Source of the DNA: Candidatus Abzuiibacterium crystallinum
Lineage (GTDB): Bacteria; Omnitrophota; Omnitrophia; Omnitrophales; Abzuiibacteriaceae
Length of the DNA stretch: 64,000 nucleotides
Assembly (NCBI GenBank): GCA_002787155.1
Contig: PCVY01000065.1
Span: 65,286 to 129,285, forward strand
Direction of reading: 5' to 3'
Numbering within the stretch: the stretch's first letter is position 1; each line of letters begins with the position of its first letter. Of the stretch, positions 48,192-58,355 are shown one piece after another. The notes under the pieces are model-generated. The model saw nothing but the letters and a program-made list of their open reading frames with translations. It ran no database searches and was not told where the DNA came from. Position numbers and translations under genes: made by a program.

Positions 48192-49676
48192 TTATTCGTG
48201 ATGCCATCCCAATGAACGTATGACGGCTCGTTTCCATTGAACATATAATCGTTGACTAACTGTCTGGTTGACTCTGGGTTTAAAAACGCGATCCACGGAA
48301 CGATTTTTTAGAAACGCTTCTTTGGACGGCCAAAAATGAACAGCTAAACCGGCCAGGCCGGCTGCTCCCAGTGCTGTCGTTTCGATGATGCGCGGGCGTT
48401 CGACGCAGCTCCCCAGTAAATCAGCTTGAAATTGCATTAAAAAATTATTCGCTGCTGCACCGCCGTCTACTTGTAGTTTTTTAAGCGAGCGCCCAAGACC
48501 CTTTTCCATTTCAACCACAACATCTTTGGTTTGATAAGCAATAGATTCCAGTGCCGCGCGCGCTAAATGTTCCACTTGAGTACCGCGAGTAATCCCCAGA
48601 ATGGTGCCTCGCGCGCTTGAATCCCAATAAGGAGCCCCCAATCCCACCAATGCCGGCACAAAGTAAACACCTTCGTTTGAGGCAAGGTTTTGGGCAAGAC
48701 GGGCTGTTTCTTTGGCGTGATGAATCACTTTTAGTCCGTCACGCAGCCATTGAATCACTGCACCGCCTATAAAAACACTCCCTTCTAAAGCATAATCGAC
48801 CTGTCGCCCGATTTTCCAGGCAACGGTACTAAGCAGGTTTTTTTCGAAAATAAGTTTGTGACGCGTGTTGGTTTGTAAAAAAAGCCCCGTGCCGTAAGTA
48901 TTTTTGACAACACCGGGTTCAAAACAGCCCTGGGCAAACATGGCTCCCTGTTGATCGCCGATAATCCCTGCGATTGGAATTTCTGTGCGGAGTCCCGCGC
49001 AAGAAAGTGTGCCGATAACCCCGCTTGAATCAACCAGTTGAGGCAGCATAGAAAACGGAATGCCAAATTTTCGGCAAAGCATTTTATCCCACCGAAGTGA
49101 TTTGATATTGAGCAGCATGGTCCGGGAGGCATTGCTGTAATCAGTGACATGACATTTACCCTCGGTCATTTTCCAAATGATCCACGAATCAATGGTGCCG
49201 AATGCTAACCGTCCTTGCTTCGCTTTCTGCCGCACCCCGGAGACGTGATCTAGAATCCACTTGATTTTGGTTGCCGAAAAGTAAGAATCAATCACCAACC
49301 CTGTTTTTTGTTTAATGCGTTTAGACCATCCAGCACGCTTGAGTGCTTCGCATTCTTTTTGTGTCCGGCGGCATTGCCACACGATGGCGTTAAAAACAGG
49401 CCGGCCTGTTTTTTTGTCCCACACAACGGCTGTTTCTCTTTGATTGGTAACGCCAACGGCAGCAACCTCTTCGAGCCGCACACCGGAAAGGACTTTTTTC
49501 ATGACCCCAAATGTCGTTCGCCAAATTTCATTTGGGTCGTGTTCTACCCAGCCCGGTTTTGGAAAAATTTGGCGGAACTCTTGATAAGCTTTCTTGATGA
49601 TCCTCTGCTGGCGGTCAAAAAGAATGGCGCGGTTTCCGGTGGTTCCTAAATCAAGGGCTAAAATGTATTTTTTCAT
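48192..49676 (-). CDS. glpK: Glycerol kinase
   Basis: DLGTT, TNQRET, WQCRRT, NASRT, GDQQ, KNTYGTG, GLGAPYWD. Confidence 0.97.
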   Translation of the reverse strand: MKKYILALDLGTTGNRAILFDRQQRIIKKAYQEFRQIFPKPGWVEHDPNEIWRTTFGVMKKVLSGVRLEEVAAVGVTNQRETAVVWDKKTGRPVFNAIVWQCRRTQKECEALKRAGWSKRIKQKTGLVIDSYFSATKIKWILDHVSGVRQKAKQGRLAFGTIDSWIIWKMTEGKCHVTDYSNASRTMLLNIKSLRWDKMLCRKFGIPFSMLPQLVDSSGVIGTLSCAGLRTEIPIAGIIGDQQGAMFAQGCFEPGVVKNTYGTGLFLQTNTRHKLIFEKNLLSTVAWKIGRQVDYALEGSVFIGGAVIQWLRDGLKVIHHAKETARLAQNLASNEGVYFVPALVGLGAPYWDSSARGTILGITRGTQVEHLARAALESIAYQTKDVVVEMEKGLGRSLKKLQVDGGAAANNFLMQFQADLLGSCVERPRIIETTALGAAGLAGLAVHFWPSKEAFLKNRSVDRVFKPRVNQTVSQRLYVQWKRAVIRSLGWHHE

Positions 49677-49769
49677 CTAAAACTCCTATGGTAATATCGG
49701 CTAGATGACTTTCCTGGTGCACAATCATATTTTCTGTATTAAAATAAACAAGTCTCAAAAAGAGGTCCC

Positions 49770-50144
49770 GTGAAAATCAAATTACTGATTCTACTCATTT
49801 TAATTTGTGCACTTGCCAAACCGGCATTGGCAATTGAATTTCGTGAAGTTGCTCCACAAGCTCATTACGACTCCGGTCTTTGGTATCAAGAAGAACTTTA
49901 TATTGACCGAATGTTTGGCAAGTTGCTTTTTGGTGCGTGGAATTTCTTTCTGGGCCCGTTTGAACTCATTAAAGAACCCTATGAATCAGCTTTGGTAGGA
50001 GATAACTTGATCATCGGCTTAGGGCGCGGTCTTTATTATGCCGTTGCTAATACCCTGGGCGGCTTCGCAAATGCTGTCACCTTTCCCATTACACCGCTTC
50101 GAATTCCGCTGCCTGAAGGCGGCGTCGATCACAACCGCTTCTAG
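49770..50144 (+). CDS. Exported TIGR04073-like protein
   Basis: Signal peptide; KLLFGAWNFFLGPFEL...GLGRG...GFANAVTFP pattern. Confidence 0.6.
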   Translation: MKIKLLILLILICALAKPALAIEFREVAPQAHYDSGLWYQEELYIDRMFGKLLFGAWNFFLGPFELIKEPYESALVGDNLIIGLGRGLYYAVANTLGGFANAVTFPITPLRIPLPEGGVDHNRF

Positions 50145-50154
50145 TGCGCTTTGA

Positions 50155-50192
50155 CACTTGAAATTGACAGTGTTAAGTTTCAATTTCAAGTG
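50155..50192. terminator. 13-bp inverted repeat between convergent genes (possible terminator)
   Basis: CACTTGAAATTGA / TCAATTTCAAGTG; no strong U-tract. Confidence 0.4.
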
Positions 50193-50240
50193 AGCACTCC
50201 TGCCGCCTTCCCATCAAATCAATCGCCAGGCGGTACTAGT

Positions 50241-51107
50241 TCACTTCTGATTTAAATTCGACAGGATTGTTTTAACGGAACGAGACCGGTTAAGACAGTA
50301 AAAATGAATTCCGGGCACACCCTGCTTGATTAAATCTTGGCACTGTTGAGTGGCCAGTTCAATCCCATATTGTGTGGCGGCTTCGCTGTCATTTTCATAT
50401 TTTGCGAGCATCCGTCCAACAGCAGGCGGAATTTGAGATCGGCACAATGCGGTAAAACGCTTGACTTGTTGGGTGGATAAAATAGGAAGAATGCCGGGAA
50501 TCACCGGGACTTGAACACCTGCTCGGCGAACTTTGTCTAAATAGCCGTAATAGAATCGATTGTCAAAAAAAAGCTGCGTAATCACGGCATCAGCGCCTGC
50601 ATCTACTTTTTCTTTGAGATGTTGAATATCACTTTCCAAAGTCGGTGCATCCGGATGTTTTTCGGGGAAACCAGCAACCGCTACGGAAAAAAAATTGTCC
50701 CTTTTAGCTTCGCGCACCAAATCGACTGCGTGCCGGAACCCATTCGGATGCGGTTGAAATTTCTCTGTACCTTGCGGTGGGTCCCCGCGAAGCGCGATGA
50801 GATTATAAACTCCCTTTTCCTTTAAAAAATTGAGGACATTGCGGACATCTGCTTTTGATTGGCTGACAACGGTCAAATGACACATGGTCTCAACGCCGAT
50901 TTTATTTTTAAGCTCGTCAACCAATTCAAGCGTTAAATCGCGTGTTGATCCGCCGGCCCCATAAGTCATCGAAAAAAAGGTGGGATGAAATTGATTTAAA
51001 ATTTTCACCTCTTCAAAGATTTTATCCGTTCCTTCTTTTGTCTTGGGAGGAAAAAGTTCGACGGAAATATCAGGTTTTTGTGATCGGTATAATTTGCTTA
51101 AACGCAT
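50241..51107 (-). CDS. metF: Methylenetetrahydrofolate reductase
   Basis: SVELFPPK, TYGAGGST, ALRGDPP, ITQLFFD, HFYCLN. Confidence 0.97.
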   Translation of the reverse strand: MRLSKLYRSQKPDISVELFPPKTKEGTDKIFEEVKILNQFHPTFFSMTYGAGGSTRDLTLELVDELKNKIGVETMCHLTVVSQSKADVRNVLNFLKEKGVYNLIALRGDPPQGTEKFQPHPNGFRHAVDLVREAKRDNFFSVAVAGFPEKHPDAPTLESDIQHLKEKVDAGADAVITQLFFDNRFYYGYLDKVRRAGVQVPVIPGILPILSTQQVKRFTALCRSQIPPAVGRMLAKYENDSEAATQYGIELATQQCQDLIKQGVPGIHFYCLNRSRSVKTILSNLNQK

Positions 51108-51218
51108 CAGGATGCCTGTGATTGATAATAAGGTGAATTATATCAAATGAAGCGATGTCTCGTCATATGAAAAACAAGGCCGTCAATGTTCCGGCCAGAT
51201 CTTCCGATAATACAGGAT

Positions 51219-51908
51219 ATGAAATTGTCTATTGTGATTCCTTGTTACAACGAAAAAAATACCATTGAACGGCTCATTCGAGCCGTTTTGGCCGCACCTT
51301 TTCCTGATAAAGAAATCATTGTCGTTGATGATGGCTCAGCGGACGGTACCCGGGACATTTTAAAATCCACGATTGCTCCGCTCGTCTCTCAAGTCATCTA
51401 CCACGAAAAAAACCAAGGTAAGGGAGCTGCGCTTCGGACCGGTTTTCAGCAAGCAACGGGCGATATTGTTTTGGTGCAAGATGCTGATTTAGAATATGAC
51501 CCTCAGGAATACACCAAATTAGTTGAACCCATTGTGGAGGGTCGTGCAGATGCCGTTTTTGGCTCGCGATTCATTGGCGGTGATTCACATCGGGTTGTTT
51601 ATTTTTGGCACTTTGTCGGAAATAAAGTCGTGACGTTTTTATCAAACATGTTTACTAATATTAATTTAACGGATATGGAAGCCTGTTACAAAGTTTTTAG
51701 ACGGGAATTGCTCCAAAAAATTACGATTGAAGAAAATTCGTTTGGATTTGAACCTGAAGTCACAGCTAAAATTGCTAAACTCAAGTGCCGCATTTATGAA
51801 GTCGGTATTTCTTACGCGGGAAGAACTTACAGTGAGGGCAAAAAGATCAATTGGCAAGACGGTTTTTGGGCCATTTGGTGTATTTTAAAGTACAATATCC
51901 TGCGTTGA
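51219..51908 (+). CDS. Glycosyltransferase family 2 (DPM1-like)
   Basis: [28 protein letters not shown]. Confidence 0.93.
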   Translation: MKLSIVIPCYNEKNTIERLIRAVLAAPFPDKEIIVVDDGSADGTRDILKSTIAPLVSQVIYHEKNQGKGAALRTGFQQATGDIVLVQDADLEYDPQEYTKLVEPIVEGRADAVFGSRFIGGDSHRVVYFWHFVGNKVVTFLSNMFTNINLTDMEACYKVFRRELLQKITIEENSFGFEPEVTAKIAKLKCRIYEVGISYAGRTYSEGKKINWQDGFWAIWCILKYNILR

Positions 51909-51924
51909 ATTCGTACCTGCCATA

Positions 51925-52884
51925 TCACTTCTTTCGAAGGCAGGCCAAATAAAAACCTTCCATATAGTTATTAGGTAAAATCCGGACGCTTTGCCGCACG
52001 CCAGGCAAAAATGGTTTCCCCTGCCAACCCATCAAACCCGCGACATGATTAGGGAAAGAAAGCTTAATCGGCATCATTTCAAGCATATCCGTAAATTTCT
52101 TAAGCGCCCAATCAATCACGCCTTCATTTTCTTCGGGCGCAAAAGTACAAGTGGAATACAATAAAAGACCGCCCGGCCGGAGTGCTGAGAGCGCCGCATG
52201 CAAAAGTTTTTTCTGCTTCTGCTGCATTTCTTTCACTTTGCGCGGTTTCCAGTATTTGAAACTTGCCGGGTCGCTCACTAAAAATCTGCCTTCCGAACTG
52301 CATGGCACATCTAACAAAACACGGTCAAAATAATTCGGATATTTCCGGCCAAATGATTCACCATAACTTAAAGTGGTTTTAACAAAATCACAGCCTTGTG
52401 TTTTTAAATTGGCCTTCAACTTGAAAAACCGCACTTGATTGTTGTCGTTGGCGACTAATTCGCCATCCCCTTGCATCATGGCCGCCATTTGTGTGGTTTT
52501 ACTGCCCGGTGCAGCAGCCAAATCCAGCACCTTTTCTCCCGGTTGCGGATTTAAAATTAATGGCGGCACCATGCTGGAAAGTGCTTGCACATAAATCTGG
52601 CCGTTTTCGTAAACGGCTGTTTTTTGTAAATCCCGAAGCCGTCCTTTCTGAAGCACAAAAGCCCCCGGGCACCAAGACACGGGATGAATCTGAAAACCAT
52701 CCGCATTTAATTTTTCTCGGACAATTTCAACCGATGGTGCTTTCAGCGGATTGATACGAAAAGTGGTAGGCCTTTCTACTGCAAATAAATTAACTAATTC
52801 ATGATATTTGTGTGCAGGGAAAACCTGTTTTAAACGTCCAAGAAATTCTTCGGGAAGTCTATTAATTTCGGATCGCATGGGCAA
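51925..52884 (-). CDS. RsmB/RsmF (NOL1/NOP2) RNA m5C methyltransferase
   Basis: LDLAAAPGSKT, DVPCS, YSTCT, EENE. Confidence 0.92.
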   Translation of the reverse strand: MPMRSEINRLPEEFLGRLKQVFPAHKYHELVNLFAVERPTTFRINPLKAPSVEIVREKLNADGFQIHPVSWCPGAFVLQKGRLRDLQKTAVYENGQIYVQALSSMVPPLILNPQPGEKVLDLAAAPGSKTTQMAAMMQGDGELVANDNNQVRFFKLKANLKTQGCDFVKTTLSYGESFGRKYPNYFDRVLLDVPCSSEGRFLVSDPASFKYWKPRKVKEMQQKQKKLLHAALSALRPGGLLLYSTCTFAPEENEGVIDWALKKFTDMLEMMPIKLSFPNHVAGLMGWQGKPFLPGVRQSVRILPNNYMEGFYLACLRKK

Positions 52885-52890
52885 GGCAAA

Positions 52891-55800
52891 TCACGAATGA
52901 CTCTTGCTGCGAAGGGCTGATTGCATCAATTTGTCCCATTGTGTTTGCCAAAAAGAAATGGTTAAAAGTTTACGGCGTTTAACAGGATTTTCCAATGGCA
53001 CAAGTCCTTCATAAGCGCAAGGCACCACAATGAGTGTCAGAATGGTCGACACCAACACGCCGCCAATCACTGCCACCGCCATCGGAATACGGGTTTCGGC
53101 GCCCGGCCCCAAGGCCAAAGCCGGCGGAATAGCGGCGGCAATGGTTGAAATGGATGTCATCATAATTGGTCTGAACCGAATGGGGCATGCTTTCATCAGA
53201 GCCTCATGCGGCGGTAAACCTTCTTCACGTAATTGATTGGTAAATTCCACCAACAAGATAGAATTCTTTTTCACAATTCCCATTAAAAGCAAAAGACCGA
53301 TCATGCTAAATACATTCAACGAGAAATTCCCCATCCAAAGTGCAATCAATGCCCCCGAAATACTAAACGGTAACGCCAATAAAACGGTAAACGGATGAAT
53401 CACGTGATTAAATTGAGATGCCAACACCATGTAAGCAATCACAATGCCAAGCCACAAAGCAAAAAATAAACTTGAGAAAGATTCTTGAAATGTTTGGCTG
53501 CTGCCGCTAAAAATAATTCTGTAATCTTCGGACAGGATTCGTTTCCCAATTTGACGTGCAAGCGCAATGGCATCTGCCTGTGATTTTCCGTCCCCAACAT
53601 TGGCGAAAACACCGAAGGCCCGTTCCCTGTCCCTTCTTGTAATCGTTAAAAGACTAAGCTGTTCCTTGATTTGAATAACTTCTGAAAGTCTGACAAGTTC
53701 GCCGCGATTATTGCGCACCAATAAATTTTCGATGTCCTCAGGTGTTTGCCGCCCTTCTTTGCGGACACTCACCCGCACATCATAACGTCTTCCCCCGCGC
53801 GTGTACTTAGAAACGCGCTCGCCTGCAATCAACGTATTAATAGTCCGTGCAATTGCGTTCACGGAAACGCCCCGGCTGGTGGCAGCATCCCGGTCGGGAT
53901 AAATGCGAACTTCAGGCATTCCTTCGATATAATCCGTATCCACATCCTGGAACAAATCACTTTTTTTCATCTCGGTTTGAATTTGTTCGGCATAAGTGAC
54001 TAACTTTTCCCAGTCCGGCCCTCGTACCGTAAATTCAATCGGAAAACCGCGCTGGGCGGCAAACCCTCGGGTGGAAAGATCCTGCAACACTGCTTTGAGA
54101 TCAGGTACGGCATTTAAATCTTTGCGAGCACGCGCCATAATCTCCTGTTGGGTTAGCCGGCGATGTGTTTTAGGATCGCGCGGTCTGTCTTTTGGCTGCT
54201 TGAGCGTTATAAAAATGACTCCCTGGTTGGCTCCGCCGCCGCCAAATCCGCCAACAGCCGCAAAATAACGCTCAATTTCAGGATATTGGCTGACAATCTC
54301 TTCGGCATTCTTAAAACGCTCGTTCGTGAACTCGATAGAGGATCCGATGGGTGTTTTAAGGCGAGCCATAAACATGCTTTGATCCTGAACAGGAACAAAT
54401 TCGCGGCGGATGCGCGGAATAAGGGTCAGCGTTGCCAAGAAAAAGAGAAAAGCCAATACAATAACTTTTTTCTTACGAACCAATACAAATCTAAGCACGC
54501 GCTCATAGACTTGGCCCGAATATTTAACGCTGCTTTCAAACCACCGGCCGAAATGAGTTTTACGCTTACTGATTTCTAGAAATTGCGAACAACGCATGGG
54601 CGCAAACGTAACAGCTTCCAATAAAGAAAGCATCACTGCTACTGAAATCGTAATTCCAAATTGTAAGAAAAATTTTCCGATGATGCCTTTCATAAAAACA
54701 ACAGGTAAAAAAATAGCCACAAGCGCAGTGGTGGCAACAAGCGCCGCCATATAAATTTGTTGAGCTCCGTTTAAGGCCGCATCGTGTTGTGACTCGCCCA
54801 TTTCTCGATGGCGGACAATATTCTCCAATACCATGATGGCGTCATCCACCACAATACCAATCGCAAGCGTTAACCCCAATAGCGTAAACGTGTTGAGCGT
54901 AAAACCGGCAAATTTCAGACAGATAAAAGCGCCGAGCAACGAAGTGGGAATGGCGAGCAGAATATTAACGGTGCTGCTCCATGAGCCCAAGAAAAGCCAA
55001 CAAACAAGCGAGGTAAGTGCGGCGGAGAGTATCATCGTAAAAATCAATTCGTTAACGGCATCTTCGATAAAGCGGGTGCTGTCAAAATTAATCCCGATCG
55101 CCATATCTTTAGGCAAAGTCTCTTGTAGTTCACGAACTCGCTGCTTCACTTCATGAGCAACTTTAACGGTATTAGCACCTCTTTGTTTCCGAATACCTAA
55201 TCCAACAGAGGTTTTGCCGTTGACACGGGAGATACGCCTCACATCTGCCATACCATCCTCAATGCTAGCGACTGCCTGGAGCGGGATCGATTTATACATG
55301 GGCTGGCCACCACGAAAATTAATCGTGATATTTCTAAAATCTTCCACAGTTCTGACCTCGCCCATGACTCGAACGTTTGACTCTTTTTTCTTCGTTTCAA
55401 GCTGACCGGCCGGTATTTCCAAATGCTCTGTTTGGATGGAATTAACAATATCGTCTACCGTCAGTTCATAAGCCGCTAATTTCTTGGGGTCGATCCACAC
55501 TCTTAGGTTAGGCTCCGTATAACCGCCCAGAAAAACTTCTCCAACACCAGGAACTGTTTTAAACCTGTCTTCCACTTGACGATCAATAAACTGCATGAGC
55601 TCTGAAAGCGGCCTGTCTCCGGAAACACCCACCCACATGATGGGCTGATCCTCAGGGTTGCTTTTGCGAATCACGGGCGGGTCAATATCTTCGGGTAAAC
55701 GTCTTTGAACTTCTGAAAGCTTACTTTGCGCTTCTTGAAGCGCAGCATCAATGTCACGCTCCAATTCAAACTCGAGTGTAATGCTGGCTGATCCATGGCG

Positions 55801-56052
55801 AGATGAAGATGAGATGTCGCGCAGGCCTTCGATTCCCATCATGGCATCTTCCACCACATCAACCACATCAATTTCCATGACTTCAGGAGAAGCCCCTTCC
55901 CAAGAAACACTGATACTGAGAATTGGAAAATCAACGTCCGGCATTTGGCTGATGCCCATGCCGCGAAAACACAGATAACCAAAAAGCATCATGCCCAGCA
56001 TGAGCATCCAGGCAAAAACTGGTTTTTTAATCGATAGTTCAGGCAGTGTCAC
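52891..56052 (-). CDS. RND efflux permease (AcrB family)
   Basis: GIVVDDAI, GIVKKNSIL, RFRPIMMT. Confidence 0.96.
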   Translation of the reverse strand: MTLPELSIKKPVFAWMLMLGMMLFGYLCFRGMGISQMPDVDFPILSISVSWEGASPEVMEIDVVDVVEDAMMGIEGLRDISSSSRHGSASITLEFELERDIDAALQEAQSKLSEVQRRLPEDIDPPVIRKSNPEDQPIMWVGVSGDRPLSELMQFIDRQVEDRFKTVPGVGEVFLGGYTEPNLRVWIDPKKLAAYELTVDDIVNSIQTEHLEIPAGQLETKKKESNVRVMGEVRTVEDFRNITINFRGGQPMYKSIPLQAVASIEDGMADVRRISRVNGKTSVGLGIRKQRGANTVKVAHEVKQRVRELQETLPKDMAIGINFDSTRFIEDAVNELIFTMILSAALTSLVCWLFLGSWSSTVNILLAIPTSLLGAFICLKFAGFTLNTFTLLGLTLAIGIVVDDAIMVLENIVRHREMGESQHDAALNGAQQIYMAALVATTALVAIFLPVVFMKGIIGKFFLQFGITISVAVMLSLLEAVTFAPMRCSQFLEISKRKTHFGRWFESSVKYSGQVYERVLRFVLVRKKKVIVLAFLFFLATLTLIPRIRREFVPVQDQSMFMARLKTPIGSSIEFTNERFKNAEEIVSQYPEIERYFAAVGGFGGGGANQGVIFITLKQPKDRPRDPKTHRRLTQQEIMARARKDLNAVPDLKAVLQDLSTRGFAAQRGFPIEFTVRGPDWEKLVTYAEQIQTEMKKSDLFQDVDTDYIEGMPEVRIYPDRDAATSRGVSVNAIARTINTLIAGERVSKYTRGGRRYDVRVSVRKEGRQTPEDIENLLVRNNRGELVRLSEVIQIKEQLSLLTITRRDRERAFGVFANVGDGKSQADAIALARQIGKRILSEDYRIIFSGSSQTFQESFSSLFFALWLGIVIAYMVLASQFNHVIHPFTVLLALPFSISGALIALWMGNFSLNVFSMIGLLLLMGIVKKNSILLVEFTNQLREEGLPPHEALMKACPIRFRPIMMTSISTIAAAIPPALALGPGAETRIPMAVAVIGGVLVSTILTLIVVPCAYEGLVPLENPVKRRKLLTISFWQTQWDKLMQSALRSKSHS

Positions 56053-57388
56053 AGCAATCCCCGGATGACATCTTAAAATCCCAATAATTGGTATTCATTT
56101 CCGAATAAGCACGGCTAACATTCAGCCGCGCATCACTGAAAGACTCAAGCGCCTCTAACACATCAAGATTGTTGACCAAGTTATGCTCGTAATCCTCTTT
56201 TTGAAGTTTGTAGTTCTCCTCTGAAGCGCTTTGAGCATCTTGTAACGCTTTTAATTCTTCAAAAGAACTATTCCACAAATCCCATGCTTGCTTAAGTTCA
56301 AGTTCGGCTTGCCGTTTGGCTTCCGAATAAGTATGTTCGGCAGTTTTCAGGTCACTCACAGCTGCTTTAATGGCACTCATGGTCGTACCGCCTTTAAAAA
56401 GCGGAATATCAAATGTCAGCAAGAGGTCCCAATCAATACCGGATTGAAACCCTTCCCGCTTTTCATATAAATTACCATCAACAGAAATTTCCGGCCACAA
56501 ATCGCTTTGGGCTTTGGTAATATTGCGTTTGGCAATTTGAAGCGCCAGGAAAGCGGCTTTGACATCCGCTCTTTCTTCGATGTTCTCCAAAGCGGTTTCA
56601 ATCTGGCTGGATGGCACTTGTGGTTCCTGGGTTTCGATGAGCGTTCGGTGATCAAGCGAAACACCTGTTAGAAATTCCATCACGCGTTTTTCGGCCGAGA
56701 GCATGCCGCGTGAACGTGCCAAATCTGCTTGTTTTGTTTTAATACGTGTCATTGCTGTCGCCACCTCACTAGGTCTTGAACGGCCGATGGCTTCGCGTTC
56801 ATGGAGTTCTTTGATGCGTTCATCCAAATAAGTGACGATTTCTTCAGTAATGACAATGTCCTTTTGATAATGAACAATATTATAAAATGATTCTGCCACG
56901 TCATAAAAAAGGAGTTGTTCTGCCCTTAAACGTTCATAAGTACGTTCTTTTCTGAGATTCCCCGCAGCACGAACAGCAGCTAAAGCTTTAAAACCTCTAA
57001 ACAGAGGTTGGCTAAAAGTAAAATAACGCGAACGCCGGCTAGACCGTGTGGCGGTTGAAGTTGCGCCCGCATCTCCTGCGGCGCCATGCTGAACTTCCTG
57101 ATAAAAGTGCGTGAGCTTAAAATCCGCGTCCCCGATGGTATCACCTGCTGCTGCTAAAAAATCAGCCCAGGTTTTCTCGATGGCAATATCTTGCATGGCT
57201 AAATTGTCACTGTGTTTAAGCGCAAGACGATAACAATCGCCCAAGCTAAGCGGCGGTTCCGCTTTAAAAGCAGTTCTTTTTTGCTCTCGATATTCATCCG
57301 GCACACGGCCTGCCATAGGCCATCCCGGCGTTGGGATGCTCGTAGAAAACACGATGAAGGCGGCGATTATTTGGTTAAGTTTTCTCAT
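56039..57388 (-). CDS. TolC-family outer membrane efflux protein
   Basis: Signal peptide; SQPLFRG and DIPLFKGG OEP repeats. Confidence 0.9.
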   Translation of the reverse strand: MRKLNQIIAAFIVFSTSIPTPGWPMAGRVPDEYREQKRTAFKAEPPLSLGDCYRLALKHSDNLAMQDIAIEKTWADFLAAAGDTIGDADFKLTHFYQEVQHGAAGDAGATSTATRSSRRSRYFTFSQPLFRGFKALAAVRAAGNLRKERTYERLRAEQLLFYDVAESFYNIVHYQKDIVITEEIVTYLDERIKELHEREAIGRSRPSEVATAMTRIKTKQADLARSRGMLSAEKRVMEFLTGVSLDHRTLIETQEPQVPSSQIETALENIEERADVKAAFLALQIAKRNITKAQSDLWPEISVDGNLYEKREGFQSGIDWDLLLTFDIPLFKGGTTMSAIKAAVSDLKTAEHTYSEAKRQAELELKQAWDLWNSSFEELKALQDAQSASEENYKLQKEDYEHNLVNNLDVLEALESFSDARLNVSRAYSEMNTNYWDFKMSSGDCCDTA

Positions 57389-57840
57389 CGAAATTTAAAA
57401 TAGTTCCGGCTTTGAAGTGCTTTTGCCACGCGTAAAGACAAATTTTGTTGATATTTTAGGATCACTTTCCGTTCCCGTACACTCATGTCGTTTAATACAC
57501 GAATTCTAAATTGAAAAACTTGGTTTTGAATACGTTTAACCGCTGACTTACCTTTGGGTGTGACTTGAATAAAATAGGAACGTTTGTCGGTGCGGCTATT
57601 TTCTTTCCTAATCCAATCATGTCGAATGAGCCGTTTGATCATAGGCGTCAAACATGGCTTTGAAATATAAAGGCGTTTAGCAAGTTCGGTAAATGACATA
57701 GGGCCCAATTCTACCAGTTGATTTAATAAAACATATTGGGGAAGTGTGATGCCGGCCTGCCTAAAAGCGCAAGCATACATACGCGAAACATGCAAATGTA
57801 AATCACGCATGCCGTTGATTGAAGTTGTGTATTGTTTCAT
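57385..57840 (-). CDS. MarR family regulator
   Basis: ITLPQYVLL, ELAKRL, DKRS...VTPKG. Confidence 0.9.
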   Translation of the reverse strand: MKQYTTSINGMRDLHLHVSRMYACAFRQAGITLPQYVLLNQLVELGPMSFTELAKRLYISKPCLTPMIKRLIRHDWIRKENSRTDKRSYFIQVTPKGKSAVKRIQNQVFQFRIRVLNDMSVRERKVILKYQQNLSLRVAKALQSRNYFKFR

Positions 57841-57862
57841 TATTGATGTGTTTCTGTATATT

Positions 57863-57881
57863 TAGTTAACTAAGTTAACTA
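57863..57881. promoter_or_regulatory. Putative MarR operator palindrome
   Basis: TAGTTAACT-A-AGTTAACTA, 22 nt upstream of the marR start. Confidence 0.6.
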
Positions 57882-57963
57882 TATCACGGGGAGATATCCT
57901 AACGAAGGATGTTTTGGAAAGCAAGCAGGAAAAGCGTCAAAGAAAATAAAAGGACCTCCCGGC

Positions 57964-58302
57964 TTATAAACTCATGGTTTTACTATGATGTTTCTCCATG
58001 AATTTAACAAGCTGGCGTTCGGCAGCATCAAAACTTTCCCGCACCAATTTGGGAAGCACGCTTGCACCATCAGCCCCGATGGCTTCACGTGTCACATCAA
58101 GCTCATGGCCTTTGGGAATATGTAAATCGATTCGGATTCGATAAGGATTGCCCTTTTTATGATGATGCTGGGTCATTTCAACTGCGACACGGCAGCTCAT
58201 GATATAACTGCAAAACCGCTCTAACTTGGCTGCTCTTTCTTCGATCAGCGCATCTAAAGCGAGGTCTTTATCAAGATGCCGATAAACGGATTGTGGTTTC
58301 AT
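57964..58302 (-). CDS. HPF/RaiA family ribosome-associated protein
   Basis: KLERF...IMSCRVAVE...HHKKGNPYRIRIDL...FDAAERQL. Confidence 0.85.
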   Translation of the reverse strand: MKPQSVYRHLDKDLALDALIEERAAKLERFCSYIMSCRVAVEMTQHHHKKGNPYRIRIDLHIPKGHELDVTREAIGADGASVLPKLVRESFDAAERQLVKFMEKHHSKTMSL

Positions 58303-58355
58303 TGCTATTAGTCTACAAGATTTGAAAGCTTTTTTCCAGTGCCAAAGAATGAGGC

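Noticed and set aside
51108-51218. SAM riboswitch upstream of metF
   Set aside because: Short divergent spacer with no SAM-I core sequences.
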